NCBI GenBank assembly: GCA_963783385.1
Contig: CAWANJ010000009.1
Location: 608,001-672,000 of the forward strand
Length of the DNA stretch: 64,000 nucleotides
Direction: 5' to 3'
From: an uncultured Gemmatimonadales bacterium
GTDB taxonomy: Bacteria; Gemmatimonadota; Gemmatimonadetes; Palauibacterales; Palauibacteraceae
Both the position numbers and the translations under genes were made by a program. Numbering within the stretch: position 1 is the first letter of the stretch; every line of letters begins with the position of its first letter. A model generated the notes under the pieces. The model was not told where the DNA came from. It did no database searches and saw only the letters and a program-made list of their open reading frames with translations. Below are positions 1 through 10,308 of the stretch, piece after piece.

Positions 1-1177
1 GTCCCGGCGCCGACAGAGACTCCACGCGCTCGAAGCCGAACAGCTCGGCCCCGGTGGCGTTGGGGGCACGGTCGGCGCGCAGCTTGAGCTTCGGGAAGCC
101 GGCCAGCGTGGCCTCCCCACCCTGCTCCACCCGGAACTCGCCGCCCCGGAATCCGAGCCGCTCCAGGAGGCGACGGAGCTGGTGGAGGCTCTCGTTGCAG
201 GCGTGCGGACTCACCACGGCCCGGCCGCCATCCTCGAGATTCGACAGATCCGATGCCACGCGCTCGAGCGCATCCTTCCAGTCCGCGGGCCGCAGCTCAC
301 CGTCCTCGTCGCGCAGGAGCGGGACCTCGGCGCGGATGCCGCGGTTGGCCATCACGAGTTGCCCGCGCCCGTGATCGCACATCCAGTAGGAGTTCACCTC
401 GGCGTTGTGCCTGGGCTTGAGCCGGACGACCTGGTTCTCCTTGCTGGCCACGGAGACGTTGCAGCCGTTCGAGCAACCCGGACAGATGCTGGACGCCGAG
501 TCCATGTCCCAGAAGCGCGCCTTGAACAGGAAGTCCTCGTGCACGAGCGCGCCGACCGGGCACACATCGACGATGTTCCCGTGGAACGGGTTGTCGAGCT
601 CCGTCCCCGGGAAGGTGTCGATGTAGGCGCGGTGGCCTCGCTGAGCCACGATGAGCGCGTCGTCCTGTGCCACCTCGCGCATGAACCGGACGCATCGCGT
701 ACAGATGATGCAACGGTCGGCGAAGTAGAGGACGTCGTCGGCGATCCGGTCCCGCCCCATGACCAGCTTGGGCTCCTCGACCCGACTCTCGAGCTGGCCG
801 GTCTCGAACGCGTAGTCCTGGAGCATGCACTGCCCCGCCGCATCGCAGATCGGGCAATCGAGCGGGTGGTTCACGAGCAGGAACTCGATCACCGACTTAC
901 GGGCCAGGCGGGCCTCGTCGGTGGCCGTGTGGACCACCATGTCCTGCTGGGCATCCAGCACGCAGGAGGGCTGCAGCTTCCCTTGCCCCTCCACCGACAC
1001 CAGGCAAACCCGGCACTGGGCCGGCCGGGTCGGAATGCCCGGATGGTAGCAATAGAAGGGTACGACGACGCCGGCCCGCTGGGCCGCGTCGAGGACCCTG
1101 GTCCCCTTGGGAACCGTCACCTCGACGTCGTCGATGGTGAGGGTGACCGTTTCCTGGCTGCCGGTCTGCTCGCTCAT
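1..1177 (-). CDS. nuoG: NADH-quinone oxidoreductase subunit G (3' part runs off the window)
   Basis: Not in the ORF track; translated by hand from ATG 1177 (ATGA overlap with the nuoF stop). MSEQTGSQETVTLTIDDVEVTVPKGT, FYCYHP..CRVC..C, HPLDCPICDAAGQC, CIICTRC, CPGCSNGC give the Fe-S motifs. Confidence 0.93.
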   Translation of the reverse strand, partial: MSEQTGSQETVTLTIDDVEVTVPKGTRVLDAAQRAGVVVPFYCYHPGIPTRPAQCRVCLVSVEGQGKLQPSCVLDAQQDMVVHTATDEARLARKSVIEFLLVNHPLDCPICDAAGQCMLQDYAFETGQLESRVEEPKLVMGRDRIADDVLYFADRCIICTRCVRFMREVAQDDALIVAQRGHRAYIDTFPGTELDNPFHGNIVDVCPVGALVHEDFLFKARFWDMDSASSICPGCSNGCNVSVASKENQVVRLKPRHNAEVNSYWMCDHGRGQLVMANRGIRAEVPLLRDEDGELRPADWKDALERVASDLSNLEDGGRAVVSPHACNESLHQLRRLLERLGFRGGEFRVEQGGEATLAGFPKLKLRADRAPNATGAELFGFERVESLSAPG

Positions 1178-2466
1178 GTCGCCGTGCACGTGTCCCGGAG
1201 GATATGCGCCTCGTATTCGTCGCGGAACTTGTCGAGGGAGGACTTCAGGGGAAAGACGACGCTGTCGGCCAGCACGCAGATCGTCCGGCCGGTGAGCTGC
1301 TCGCACAGGTCGTACAGCGTGTCAATGTCCTCCATGCGTCCGTCGCCGTGCTCGATACGGGTGAGGATCTCCGCGATCCACTCGGTGCCCTCACGGCACT
1401 GGACGCATTGCCCGCAGGACTCGTGGGCGTAGAACTGGGCGATCCGCCGTGTGGCCCCCAGCAGGCAGGTGCTCTCGTCCATCACAATGGGGGACGCCGT
1501 CCCGAGCGAGCTACCCGCCTCCTTGAGCCCCTCGTACGTCGTCTCGCAGTCGAGCTCGTCCGGCGTGAGGTAGGCCGTGGACGACCCCCCGGGGATCACG
1601 GCCCGGACGGCCCGTCCCTCCGGGATGCCGCCGCACACATCGAACAGGATGTCCTTGAGCGGCACGCCCAGGGCCAACTCGTAGTTGCCCGGCCGGTTCA
1701 AATGGCCCGAGCAGCACCACAGCTTGGTGCCCGGGCTCTTCTCGGTCCCCCACTGCCGGTACCACTCGGCCCCGTTCGTGAGGATCATGGGGACGGCGGC
1801 CAGCGTCTCCACGTTGTTGACGGTGGTGGGCTGGCCGAAGACCCCGGCCTGGGCCGGGAACGGCGGCTTCACCCGCGGCTCGGCCCGACGACCCTCGAGG
1901 GAGGCCATCAGCCCGGTCTCCTCGCCCGCAATGTACGCCCCGGCGCCGACGTGCACGGTGAGGTCGCAGCTCCAGCCGCTCCCCATGATGTCCTCGCCCA
2001 GGTAGCCCTCGCGGTACGCATCCGAGACGGCCCGGTTGAGGATAGGCAGCACCGGGAAGAACTCGCCCCGGATGTAGATGTAGGCATGCCGGGCCCGGAT
2101 GGCGCGGGCCGCGATCAGACAGCCCTCGATCAGAAGGTGGGGCGTCCAGCGCAGCACCTCGCGGTCCTTGAACGCGCCCGGCTCGCTCTCGTCGGCGTTG
2201 CAGCACAGGTAGTGCGGCCGGTCGTCGTCGGCACCCGGCATGAAGCTCCACTTCATGCCCGTCGGGAACCCGGCCCCGCCCCGCCCCCGCAGGCCCGAGT
2301 CCTTGACGACCTGGACGATCTCCTCGGGCTCCATGGACAGGGCCTTGCGGAGGCCCTCGTAGCCGCCCCGCTCCAGCCACGTGTCCAGGTGGCGCGCCTC
2401 CTCCTCCCCCATGTATTGGGAGAGGAGCGTGGTCGTCTCGAGGTCGTGCCGATAGGGAAAGGCCAT
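1174..2466 (-). CDS. nuoF: NADH-quinone oxidoreductase subunit F
   Basis: SGLRGRGGAGFPTGMKW, NADESEPG, GAGAYIAGEET, ESCGQCVQCREG. Confidence 0.97.
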   Translation of the reverse strand: MAFPYRHDLETTTLLSQYMGEEEARHLDTWLERGGYEGLRKALSMEPEEIVQVVKDSGLRGRGGAGFPTGMKWSFMPGADDDRPHYLCCNADESEPGAFKDREVLRWTPHLLIEGCLIAARAIRARHAYIYIRGEFFPVLPILNRAVSDAYREGYLGEDIMGSGWSCDLTVHVGAGAYIAGEETGLMASLEGRRAEPRVKPPFPAQAGVFGQPTTVNNVETLAAVPMILTNGAEWYRQWGTEKSPGTKLWCCSGHLNRPGNYELALGVPLKDILFDVCGGIPEGRAVRAVIPGGSSTAYLTPDELDCETTYEGLKEAGSSLGTASPIVMDESTCLLGATRRIAQFYAHESCGQCVQCREGTEWIAEILTRIEHGDGRMEDIDTLYDLCEQLTGRTICVLADSVVFPLKSSLDKFRDEYEAHILRDTCTAT

Positions 2467-3045
2467 CTAGACGTCCCGCCCTTCGGCCCGGGCCCACAGC
2501 GCGTCCACGATGTCGGGCACTTTCTCCGGCGTCACGTTCTCGACGTAGTCCTCGTTGATCTGCACGACCGTGGCGAAGCCGCAGGCGCCGAGGCACTCCA
2601 CTTCGATGACGGTGAACAGGCCGTTCTCCGACGTCTCGCCCGGACGCGTCCCGGTCTCCTCGAGGAAGCGCTCCAGCACCTCCTCACCCCGGTTCAGGTG
2701 GCAGGCAATGTTCGTGCACACCTGGATCAGGTAACGGCCCACGGGCCGCTTGTTGTACATCGTGTAGAAGGTGGCGACCGAGTACACGTAGGCGGGAGTG
2801 AGGTCCAGGGCTCCGGCGATCTCCTGCATCGCGCGGGCCGAGACCCACCCGTTCTTCTCCTGCGCGTAGTTGAGAAGCGGCAGCAGGGCCGGCGTGGCGC
2901 TCGGGTAGCGGCTGCGGATCTTCTCGAGGCGCTCCCGGCCCTCATCGGACTCGAACAGCGGCTCGTCCGTGGTGCCCGAGCCCTGGTGCTCCTCGCGCAT
3001 GTAGGGCTGGGCGCCGGCCACCGAGGGGTGCAGTCCTTCGCTCAT
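2467..3045 (-). CDS. nuoE: NADH-quinone oxidoreductase subunit E
   Basis: VATFYTMY, CTNIAC, ECLGAC 2Fe-2S motifs; start placed at ATG 3045 just after the nuoCD stop. Confidence 0.93.
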   Translation of the reverse strand: MSEGLHPSVAGAQPYMREEHQGSGTTDEPLFESDEGRERLEKIRSRYPSATPALLPLLNYAQEKNGWVSARAMQEIAGALDLTPAYVYSVATFYTMYNKRPVGRYLIQVCTNIACHLNRGEEVLERFLEETGTRPGETSENGLFTVIEVECLGACGFATVVQINEDYVENVTPEKVPDIVDALWARAEGRDV

Positions 3046-3046
3046 G

Positions 3047-4938
3047 CTATCGATCGATCTCGCCGAGGACAATGTCCAGGGAGGCGTTGACCGCGATCAC
3101 GTCCGAGACCAGCTCGTCCTTCACCATGGTCGAGAGGGCCGAGAGGTTGATGAAGGACGGGGCCCGGAAGCGGCAGCGGACGGGCTTGTTGCCCCCGTCC
3201 GAGATGATCCCGAACCCGAGCTCCCCCTTGGACGCCTCCACCGAGTACCACACCTCGCCCGGCGGGACCTGCAGTCCCTCCATGACGAGCTTGAAGTGCG
3301 AGATCATGGAGTCGATGTTACCCATGGCCTCGCTTTTGGGCGGCAGCACCACCCGCCGGTCCTGCACGTTGATCGGCCCGTCGGGCACGCCTCGCTCCAG
3401 GACCTGCTCGAGGATGCGCACGCTCTGCCGCATCTCCTCCATCCGCACCATGTACCGGTCGTACGTGTCGCCGTGCTCGCCCACCGGGACGTCGAAGTCG
3501 TACTCCTCGTAGCCCAGGTAGGGGCGCGCCTTGCGCACGTCGTACGGGACGCCGCTGGCCCGGAGGTTGGGGCCCGTGAGGCCGTGGTTCACGGCCTCGG
3601 CCCCGTTCATCGTCCCAATGTCCTCGGTCCGCGCCAGCCAGAATGGCGTTGTTGGAGAGCAGGTCCTCGACCTGGTTGATCGTCTCGGGGAGGGTGCGCA
3701 CGAACTCGGCGAGGCCGTCGAGCCAACCGACGGGAAGATCGGCCACCATGCCCCCCACCCGCGTCACCGACGTCGTGATCCTGCCGCCGCAGTAGGCCTC
3801 GTGCAGGTTGTAGATCCGCTCGCGTTCCTGGAACGTGTATAGGAACACGGTGAACGCGCCCAGGTCGATGCCCGTGGTTCCCAACCAGAGCAGGTGCCCC
3901 AGGATCCGGTTCAGCTCCATGAGGATGACGCGGACCGACCGGCAGCGCGGCGTGATCTCGATCCCGAGCAGGCTCTCCACCGCGAGCGCGTAGCCAATGT
4001 TGTAGATCATCGGCGCCAGGTAGTCCATGCGGTCCGTGTACGGGACGACCTGGTTCCACTCCCGGTACTCGCACGTCTTCTCGAAGCCGGTGTGCAGGTA
4101 GCCCAGGTGGGGGATGCACTGCACGACGCGCTCGCCATCCAGCTCCAGCACCAGGCGCAGCACACCGTGCGTGGCGGGGTGCTGCGGCCCGAATGTTGAT
4201 GAGCATCCTCTCGCCCTCGAGCCCGCGGGCCATCGCTCCCACGTCATCGGGGCTCATACGGGGTGGCAGGTCCAGCGCCTCGACGTCGCGATCCGCGCCG
4301 GCGATACCCGCGGCCAGCTCGAGCTCACGTATGGCGTACACGTCCTCCAGCCCCTCGCCCAGCGCCCGGCGCACCTGCTCGGCCCGAGAGAAGCGCCCGC
4401 GCAGCGGGAAATCCTTCCGCAGGGGGAAGCCCTCGGCGTAGTTCTCCGGCATGAGGATTCGCCGGAGGTCGGGGTGTCCGCTGAACGTCACCCCGTACAT
4501 GTCGTAGACTTCCCGCTCCAGCCAGTTGGCCGTCTGGTACAACCCCGTGACGGTCGGCACGGACAGGTCGTCCCACGGCGGCTCGGCCACCACCCGGAAC
4601 ATGCGCCCGTGGCGCAGTGACCAGAGCTGGTACCACACCTGGAGCGGGCGACCGCCGCCGAGGTCGGCACCCATGACGTCGAGCAGGAGCTCGTAGGACT
4701 GAGATTCGTCGTCGCGCAGGAACTCGAGGACGTCCCCGACCCGGTCCGGGTCGACCACGACCACGGGCACGTGGATGGCGTCGAACCGTGTACGCCCCAC
4801 CGCCTCCCCGAAGCGCTCGCGAAGCGCGCGGACGCTGGGGTGGTCGTCGGCCGGGCCCTCCGGCGTCGGAGAGCCCCGGACCAACTCGCCGGCCGCGACG
4901 CCCGGGAGCGTCCCCGTCCTCGGCACCCTCAGCTCCAA
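3047..4938 (-). CDS. nuoCD: Fused NADH-quinone oxidoreductase subunit C/D, with two apparent +1 frameshifts (~4192, ~3642)
   Basis: NuoC part ([28 protein letters not shown]) continues into NuoD motifs ([47 protein letters not shown]) across three ORFs. Removing one base at each site rejoins them. Confidence 0.9.
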
Positions 4939-5639
4939 TGTTCCAGGAGACGCTCGATCCGGTCACCGGGCCGGGAGACCGCGCTGGTGGCCTCGAGGCC
5001 GCTGACCCGGTTCTGCTTGGTGGAGTTTCCAAAGGGCTGGGACACGAGCTCGATCGCCTCGGGCGGGAGGTTGGGCCGGCCGGCCGCGGACGCCGACTCC
5101 TCGCGGGCGGTGGGATCGGTGACCGACTCCCCCTTCACCTTCTCCTGCACCATGAGAAGACCGTAGATGAGCCCCTCGGGCCGGGGCGGGCAGCCCGGCA
5201 CGTACACGTCGACCGGCACGATCTCGTCAATGCCCTGCACGATCGTGTAGTTGTCGAACATGCCGCCCGAACTGGCGCACGCCCCCATGGACACGCACCA
5301 CTTGGGCTGGGGCATCTGGTCCCACACCTTCCGGAGGACCGGGGCGAGCTTGTAGCTCACGCGTCCGGCGACGATCATCAGGTCGGCCTGGCGGGGACTG
5401 AACGACATCCTCTCCATGCCGAAGCGCGCGATGTCGTACTTGGAGGCGGCCGCCCCCATCATCTCAATGGCGCAGCAGGCGGTGCCGAAGGGCATGGGCC
5501 ACAGGGAGTTCCGACGCGACCAGTTGATGACATAGTCGAGCCGGGTGGTGAGCCAGCTCCGCGGAACCCCCGTGTCCACGGTGTCCGTGTCGTCCGCGTG
5601 ACCGGCGTCGGCCCGCAGGGTCTTCAGCTCCCTCGGCAT
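4929..5639 (-). CDS. nuoB: NADH-quinone oxidoreductase subunit B
   Basis: [35 protein letters not shown]; C-terminal extension. Confidence 0.97.
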   Translation of the reverse strand: MPRELKTLRADAGHADDTDTVDTGVPRSWLTTRLDYVINWSRRNSLWPMPFGTACCAIEMMGAAASKYDIARFGMERMSFSPRQADLMIVAGRVSYKLAPVLRKVWDQMPQPKWCVSMGACASSGGMFDNYTIVQGIDEIVPVDVYVPGCPPRPEGLIYGLLMVQEKVKGESVTDPTAREESASAAGRPNLPPEAIELVSQPFGNSTKQNRVSGLEATSAVSRPGDRIERLLEHWS

Positions 5640-5663
5640 CGTCTCAGCTCCGCCTGGCGCACG

Positions 5664-6020
5664 TCAGGTCCATTCGAGCGCGCCCTTCTTCCATGCATAG
5701 GCCAAGCCGACCGCGAGCACGGCGATGAACACGACCATCTCCCAGAACCCGGCCAGGCCCAGCTCGCGGTAGATGACCGCCCAGGGGAAGAAGAAGATGG
5801 TCTCGATATCGAACACGATGAACAGCATCGCGACAATGTAGTACTGCACCGAGAAGCGCTCGCGGGTGCCGCCCAGGGGGAGCATGCCCGACTCGTACGG
5901 GCTGCCCTTGGCCGCGGTGGGCCGGAAGGGGCTGGCGAGGTGGGACGCGAGCATCATGACTGCGGCGTTCGCCACACCCACGATGCTCAGGAAGAAGATA
6001 CCCAGATACGGGCGCGTCAT
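5664..6020 (-). CDS. nuoA: NADH-quinone oxidoreductase subunit A
   Basis: PYESG, FIVFDIE, YAWKKGALEW; GAGGAGG SD before ATG 6020. Confidence 0.95.
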   Translation of the reverse strand: MTRPYLGIFFLSIVGVANAAVMMLASHLASPFRPTAAKGSPYESGMLPLGGTRERFSVQYYIVAMLFIVFDIETIFFFPWAVIYRELGLAGFWEMVVFIAVLAVGLAYAWKKGALEWT

Positions 6021-6036
6021 CGCCTCCTCGAAGCCC

Positions 6037-6054
6037 TTGTGAATTTCTTCACTT
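6037..6054. promoter_or_regulatory. Rex-like (or CRP/FNR-like) operator TTGTGAATTTCTTCACTT in the nuoA leader
   Basis: Matches 12 of the 14 specified positions of TTGTGAA-N4-TTCACAA with an AT-rich spacer; lies between the promoter and the SD. Confidence 0.65.
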
Positions 6055-6069
6055 GCCTCGCGCCACCGG

Positions 6070-6098
6070 AGTATATCGAACCCCGGAAGGCCGATCAA
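6070..6098 (-). promoter_or_regulatory. Sigma70-type promoter of the nuo operon
   Basis: TTGATC-17 nt-TATACT on the minus strand. Confidence 0.7.
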
Positions 6099-6118
6099 GC
6101 GGTCCGGGAGCCCCCGCG

Positions 6119-6943
6119 GTGAACGACGCCGGCGACCCCGTGGTCACTCGCGGCGGCAGGATCCGGGTGTCCCTCCGTGGAGCCGGCCCGCGCCTCCTCC
6201 TGGTGCACGGGCTCACGGCCAGCGGCGCCGTGTGGGGCCGGGTGAGCGAGCGCCTCGAAGGTCGCTTCACGCTGGTGATCCCAGACTTACTGGGCCGCGG
6301 CGCCTCCGACCCCGCGCCCGGGGCCCGCTTCCGGCTGGCCGAGGAGGTGGGACGCCTCGAGGCCGTGGCGCGGGTCCACGCGCCCGGGCCGTTCGTGCTC
6401 GTGGGCCACTCCCACGGAGCCGCCCTCGCCCTGGCCGTCGCCGCGCGCACCACCCGCTGCCGCGGGCTGTGCCTGGTGGACCCCGTCACTCCCTGGACGA
6501 AGCGGCCGCTCCTCCTCGAGCTCCTGCGCTCAGGACCGGTGCGCGCTTCGCTCGCGCCGCTCCTCTGCTCGGTGCGCCGGCCCCTGACGCGGCTCGTCCT
6601 CCGTCGCCGCGTGTTCGGGGACCCCGCCGCGGTGGACGAGGCCGTCGTTCGGCGCTACGCCGCCCCGTACCGGGACCCGGATCGGGCACGCACGCTGCTT
6701 CGCGTGCTGGCGGACTGGCGCCCCTGGGAGCTGTCGCCCCACCTTGCCCCCCGCCCCACGGCCCTGGTGCTGACCGGAGAGCTCGACCGCCGGGCTCCGC
6801 CGGAGCTGGTCGAACGGCTGGCCGGTCGGCTGGAATGCCAGCTCCGGGTCGTCCCCGGGGCTGGCCACGCTCTCCCCGAGGAGGCGCCGGACGCGGTCGC
6901 GCGGGCCATCGAGGCCGTGGCCGACGGCCGCTCGTATCCGTAG
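6119..6943 (+). CDS. Alpha/beta-fold hydrolase
   Basis: LLLVHG, PDLLGRG, GHSHG nucleophile elbow, GELD, AGH; start uncertain (GTG 6119). Confidence 0.85.
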   Translation: MNDAGDPVVTRGGRIRVSLRGAGPRLLLVHGLTASGAVWGRVSERLEGRFTLVIPDLLGRGASDPAPGARFRLAEEVGRLEAVARVHAPGPFVLVGHSHGAALALAVAARTTRCRGLCLVDPVTPWTKRPLLLELLRSGPVRASLAPLLCSVRRPLTRLVLRRRVFGDPAAVDEAVVRRYAAPYRDPDRARTLLRVLADWRPWELSPHLAPRPTALVLTGELDRRAPPELVERLAGRLECQLRVVPGAGHALPEEAPDAVARAIEAVADGRSYP

Positions 6944-6997
6944 GATCGCGACGCAGGAACGCCGCCACGTACCCAAACGCCGAACGAGGACGAGGGA

Positions 6998-7552
6998 ATG
7001 AGCATCAAGAGCGACCGCTGGATCCGACGCATGGCCACCGAGCACGGTATGATCGAGCCCTTCGCCGACGCCCAGGTCCGGGACGGCGTGATCTCCTACG
7101 GGCTGTCCAGCTACGGGTACGACATGCGGGTGGCCGACGAGTTCAGGATCTTCCACAACGCCCTCATGCCGGTGGTCGACCCCAAGAGCTTCGACCAGCG
7201 CTCCTTCGTCGAGTTCAGCGGCGAGTCCTGCATCATCCCGCCCAACTCGTTCGCCCTGGCGCGGTCCGTGGAGTACTTCCGGATCCCTCGCGATGTCCTG
7301 ACGATCACGGTCGGAAAGTCCACCTACGCGCGCTGCGGCATCATCACCAACGTCACCCCGTTCGAGCCGGAGTGGGAGGGCTTCGTCACCCTCGAGATCA
7401 GCAACACGACGCCCCTGCCCGCGCGGGTGTACGCCCACGAAGGGATCGCCCAGGTCCTCTTCTTCCAGTCGGACGAGCCGTGCGAGGTGAGCTACGCGGA
7501 CCGTAAGGGGAAGTACCAGGGACAGAAGGGGGTGACGCCGCCGAGGCTGTAG
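6998..7552 (+). CDS. dcd: dCTP deaminase
   Basis: [35 protein letters not shown]. Confidence 0.97.
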   Translation: MSIKSDRWIRRMATEHGMIEPFADAQVRDGVISYGLSSYGYDMRVADEFRIFHNALMPVVDPKSFDQRSFVEFSGESCIIPPNSFALARSVEYFRIPRDVLTITVGKSTYARCGIITNVTPFEPEWEGFVTLEISNTTPLPARVYAHEGIAQVLFFQSDEPCEVSYADRKGKYQGQKGVTPPRL

Positions 7553-7641
7553 ACGGCGCCCGCTGGCGCCGGAGGTCGACGGGCAGGAGGGGTGGTCGCG
7601 TCGAGAGGGCGGCCCGTGCCGCTCGGGCCGGGCAGACCGTC

Positions 7642-8019
7642 TCAGCCCGCGCTGCGCCAGCCGGTCACCGCCACCACGACCCAGCCCACCAGGAAGGCCA
7701 CGCCCCCGAACGGGGTCACCGCACCGAGCCACCGGATGCCGGTGAGGGCGAGGGCGTAGAGGCTGCCCGAGAACAGCACCGTCCCCGCCACGAAGAGCCA
7801 GCCGGCCGCTCCCCAGGCCCCGTTCGGCCAGCGGCCGGCCAGCGCCGCCAGCGCGACGAGCGCCAGCGCGTGGAGCATCTGGTAGCGGACCCCGGTGTCG
7901 AACACCTCCAGGAGGTCGGGAGAGATCCTCGCGTGGAGGCTGTGAGCACCGAACGCCCCGGCCGCCACGCCCACGAAAGCCGAGATGGCGCCCGCCACGA
8001 GCAGGCCCCGGGCACTCAC
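7642..8019 (-). CDS. DUF423 (YgdD-like) membrane protein
   Basis: GAFGAH, RYQMLH, FSGSLY, TPFGG. Confidence 0.9.
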   Translation of the reverse strand: MSARGLLVAGAISAFVGVAAGAFGAHSLHARISPDLLEVFDTGVRYQMLHALALVALAALAGRWPNGAWGAAGWLFVAGTVLFSGSLYALALTGIRWLGAVTPFGGVAFLVGWVVVAVTGWRSAG

Positions 8020-8084
8020 GGCGTCGAAAGCCCCGCGGGAGCCGTCCGGTCCACGTTCACCGGGTCCGCCCTTCCGGCGTCCGG

Positions 8085-8501
8085 TCAGCGCTCATCCCCA
8101 TCCCCTCCCAACACGCCGCGCTCGGCCCGCGAGGCCAGCTTCTCGAGGTTGGCCCGGGCCACGTCCGAGGCGGACAGGCCGAACTCGTGCGCGAGCACGG
8201 CCACGTACCATTGCACGTCGCCGAGCTCCTTCTTGATCTCCTCGCGGAACTCAGGGGTCACCCGCCCGCCGCGGTCGCGGAAGAGCTTCTTGATCTTCCC
8301 CAGCACCTCGCCGGCCTCGTTGGCAAGCCCGAGCGCCGGATACACGAACCGGTGCCCTCCCACGGCGGGATACAGCGCGGTGCGGAGCGCCCCCTCCTGA
8401 TACGCGTCCAGGTCCAGGGGCTCGTTACCGCGGCGCTCCTCCCCGGTCCCGGTGCTCCTGTGCGGGCCGACGGTGGACGCCGCGGTCTCCTCCGGGCTCA
8501 C
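8085..8501 (-). CDS. MazG-like nucleoside triphosphate pyrophosphohydrolase
   Basis: YPALGLANEAGEV, KELGDVQWY, NLEKLASR. Confidence 0.88.
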   Translation of the reverse strand: MSPEETAASTVGPHRSTGTGEERRGNEPLDLDAYQEGALRTALYPAVGGHRFVYPALGLANEAGEVLGKIKKLFRDRGGRVTPEFREEIKKELGDVQWYVAVLAHEFGLSASDVARANLEKLASRAERGVLGGDGDER

Positions 8502-10270
8502 GAGCCGCCGGCGGCGCTGTCCACGGCCGCGGTGCCGCCGGCCGGGGCCGACCCCGGGCTCGCCTGGGCCGCACCGGGCCCGGCCGGGGCCGTGTCGGAC
8601 GCCGGGGCGAAGGGAGACCCCGGCTTCCAGGCCGGCGGCCGCGGCGCGTTGGCCACTACCCAGCCCGCCAGGAAGCCCAATTGCGTCTGCTGGGCGGCGC
8701 CGCCCATCGTGTACTCGGGCAGCATCTCGTCGTCGGGCTGGTGGTAGCGCTCCTTCCGATAGGTCTCCTCGCGCTTCTGTCCCGTACCGGCGGGCTCACC
8801 CACGTAGTCGACCCCCTGCTCGATGTAGAGGGACGGCACGCCGCGCTTGACGAATGAGAACTGGTCGGAGCGGAAGAAATGGCCCTGGCCCGGGCTCTGG
8901 TCGCCCCGGGCATCGAGGCCCAGGTAGCGGGTCAGCTCCCGGAAGACGTCTCCGAGCGACGAGTACTCCCCGCCCAGCTCGACCATGTCGCCGGTCCGAC
9001 CGTACATGTTGATGGCGTCCATGTTGATGTCCGCCACGAAGTGTCCGAACGGCGGATGGCGTGCCAGGTAGGCCGAGCCCAGCAGGCCCGATTCCTCGCC
9101 CGTGACCGCCGCGAGGAGCACCGAGCGCCGGGGTCGCTCCGGGAGACGCTGATAGGCTCGCGCCAGCTCGATGATGGCCGAGGTGCCCGAAGCGTTGTCC
9201 TTGGCGCCGTTGTAGATGGCATCGCCGTTCTCCGGGGCCCCGATCCCCAGGTGGTCGTAGTGCGACGTGTACACCACCACCTGGTCGCGCAGGGTCGAGT
9301 CCCGGCCGGGCACGAGCGCCACCACGTTGGCCGACGTCGTCCGCTCCACGTCGCTACGGATGCTCCCCGCGGCGTGGAGCGGGAGGGGCTTCGCGGTGAA
9401 CCCGGGCCGTCGGGCCGCGGCCACCAGCGAGTCCAGGCTCACACCGGCCAGCCCCAGGAGCCGTCGGGCCGCCGCCTCGGTGACCCACGCCTCGAGCGCC
9501 TCATGGTAGTCTCCGGGCTCGTTGGGGATCTCGAACTGCTCGCCCGACCAGGAGTTCCTGACCACCGACCATCCGTACCCGGCGGACTCGGGCGTGTGGA
9601 TGAGAATCATGCCGGCCGCGCCCAGTCGGGCCGCCTCCTCGTACTTGTACGTCCAGCGTCCATAGTAGGTGAGCGTGTCGCCGCGGAACTTCTTCGACCC
9701 GCCGGTGCCGCCCGGGTCGTTGACCAGCCCGAGGAGGATCTTCCCCTTGACGTCGGCGCCGGCGTAATCGTTCCAGTCGTACTCGGGGGCGTCGATGCCG
9801 TAACCCACGAACACCACGTCGCCCGAGAACTCCACCTGGCCCGCCTGCCTCGGGGTCCAGGCCACGTAGTCATCCAGATACCCCGGCGAGTAACGGCTCC
9901 GGCCATCGGCGCTCTGGAAGTCGAGCTCTGGATGCGGCGTGACGCCGACGAACGTCACGGGCTGGAAGTAGCTCGTGTCGTTTCCCGGCCGCAGGCCGGC
10001 CGCCGCGAACTCGGAGGCGATGTACGCCGCCGCCAGCCGGCCGCCGCGGGTCCCCGGAGCCCGCCCTTCCGTGAAGTCGCTGCTCAGGAAGGCCGTCCGC
10101 GCACGGATGGCCGCGCTGTCGATGCTCTGGATCCCCTGCCTGGCCACGGCCGACGAGACGTCCACCCCGTCGACGGTCGAGGGCCGGCGGCACGCCCCGA
10201 GCGTGGCAGCCAGGAGGAGGGCGAGACAGGTGGAAGACCCGCGGAGGCCCGCGGAGACCGACGTTCGCAT
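8498..10270 (-). CDS. M28-family zinc aminopeptidase lipoprotein with PA domain
   Basis: Lipobox LGAC, SHYDHLG, GAKDNASG, GEESGLLGS, RSDQ, YHQP; start ATG 10270. Confidence 0.92.
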   Translation of the reverse strand: MRTSVSAGLRGSSTCLALLLAATLGACRRPSTVDGVDVSSAVARQGIQSIDSAAIRARTAFLSSDFTEGRAPGTRGGRLAAAYIASEFAAAGLRPGNDTSYFQPVTFVGVTPHPELDFQSADGRSRYSPGYLDDYVAWTPRQAGQVEFSGDVVFVGYGIDAPEYDWNDYAGADVKGKILLGLVNDPGGTGGSKKFRGDTLTYYGRWTYKYEEAARLGAAGMILIHTPESAGYGWSVVRNSWSGEQFEIPNEPGDYHEALEAWVTEAAARRLLGLAGVSLDSLVAAARRPGFTAKPLPLHAAGSIRSDVERTTSANVVALVPGRDSTLRDQVVVYTSHYDHLGIGAPENGDAIYNGAKDNASGTSAIIELARAYQRLPERPRRSVLLAAVTGEESGLLGSAYLARHPPFGHFVADINMDAINMYGRTGDMVELGGEYSSLGDVFRELTRYLGLDARGDQSPGQGHFFRSDQFSFVKRGVPSLYIEQGVDYVGEPAGTGQKREETYRKERYHQPDDEMLPEYTMGGAAQQTQLGFLAGWVVANAPRPPAWKPGSPFAPASDTAPAGPGAAQASPGSAPAGGTAAVDSAAGGS

Positions 10271-10308
10271 GGGGTTGCTCCCGGCTCGTCGTGGAAGAGC
10301 TGGCGCCG

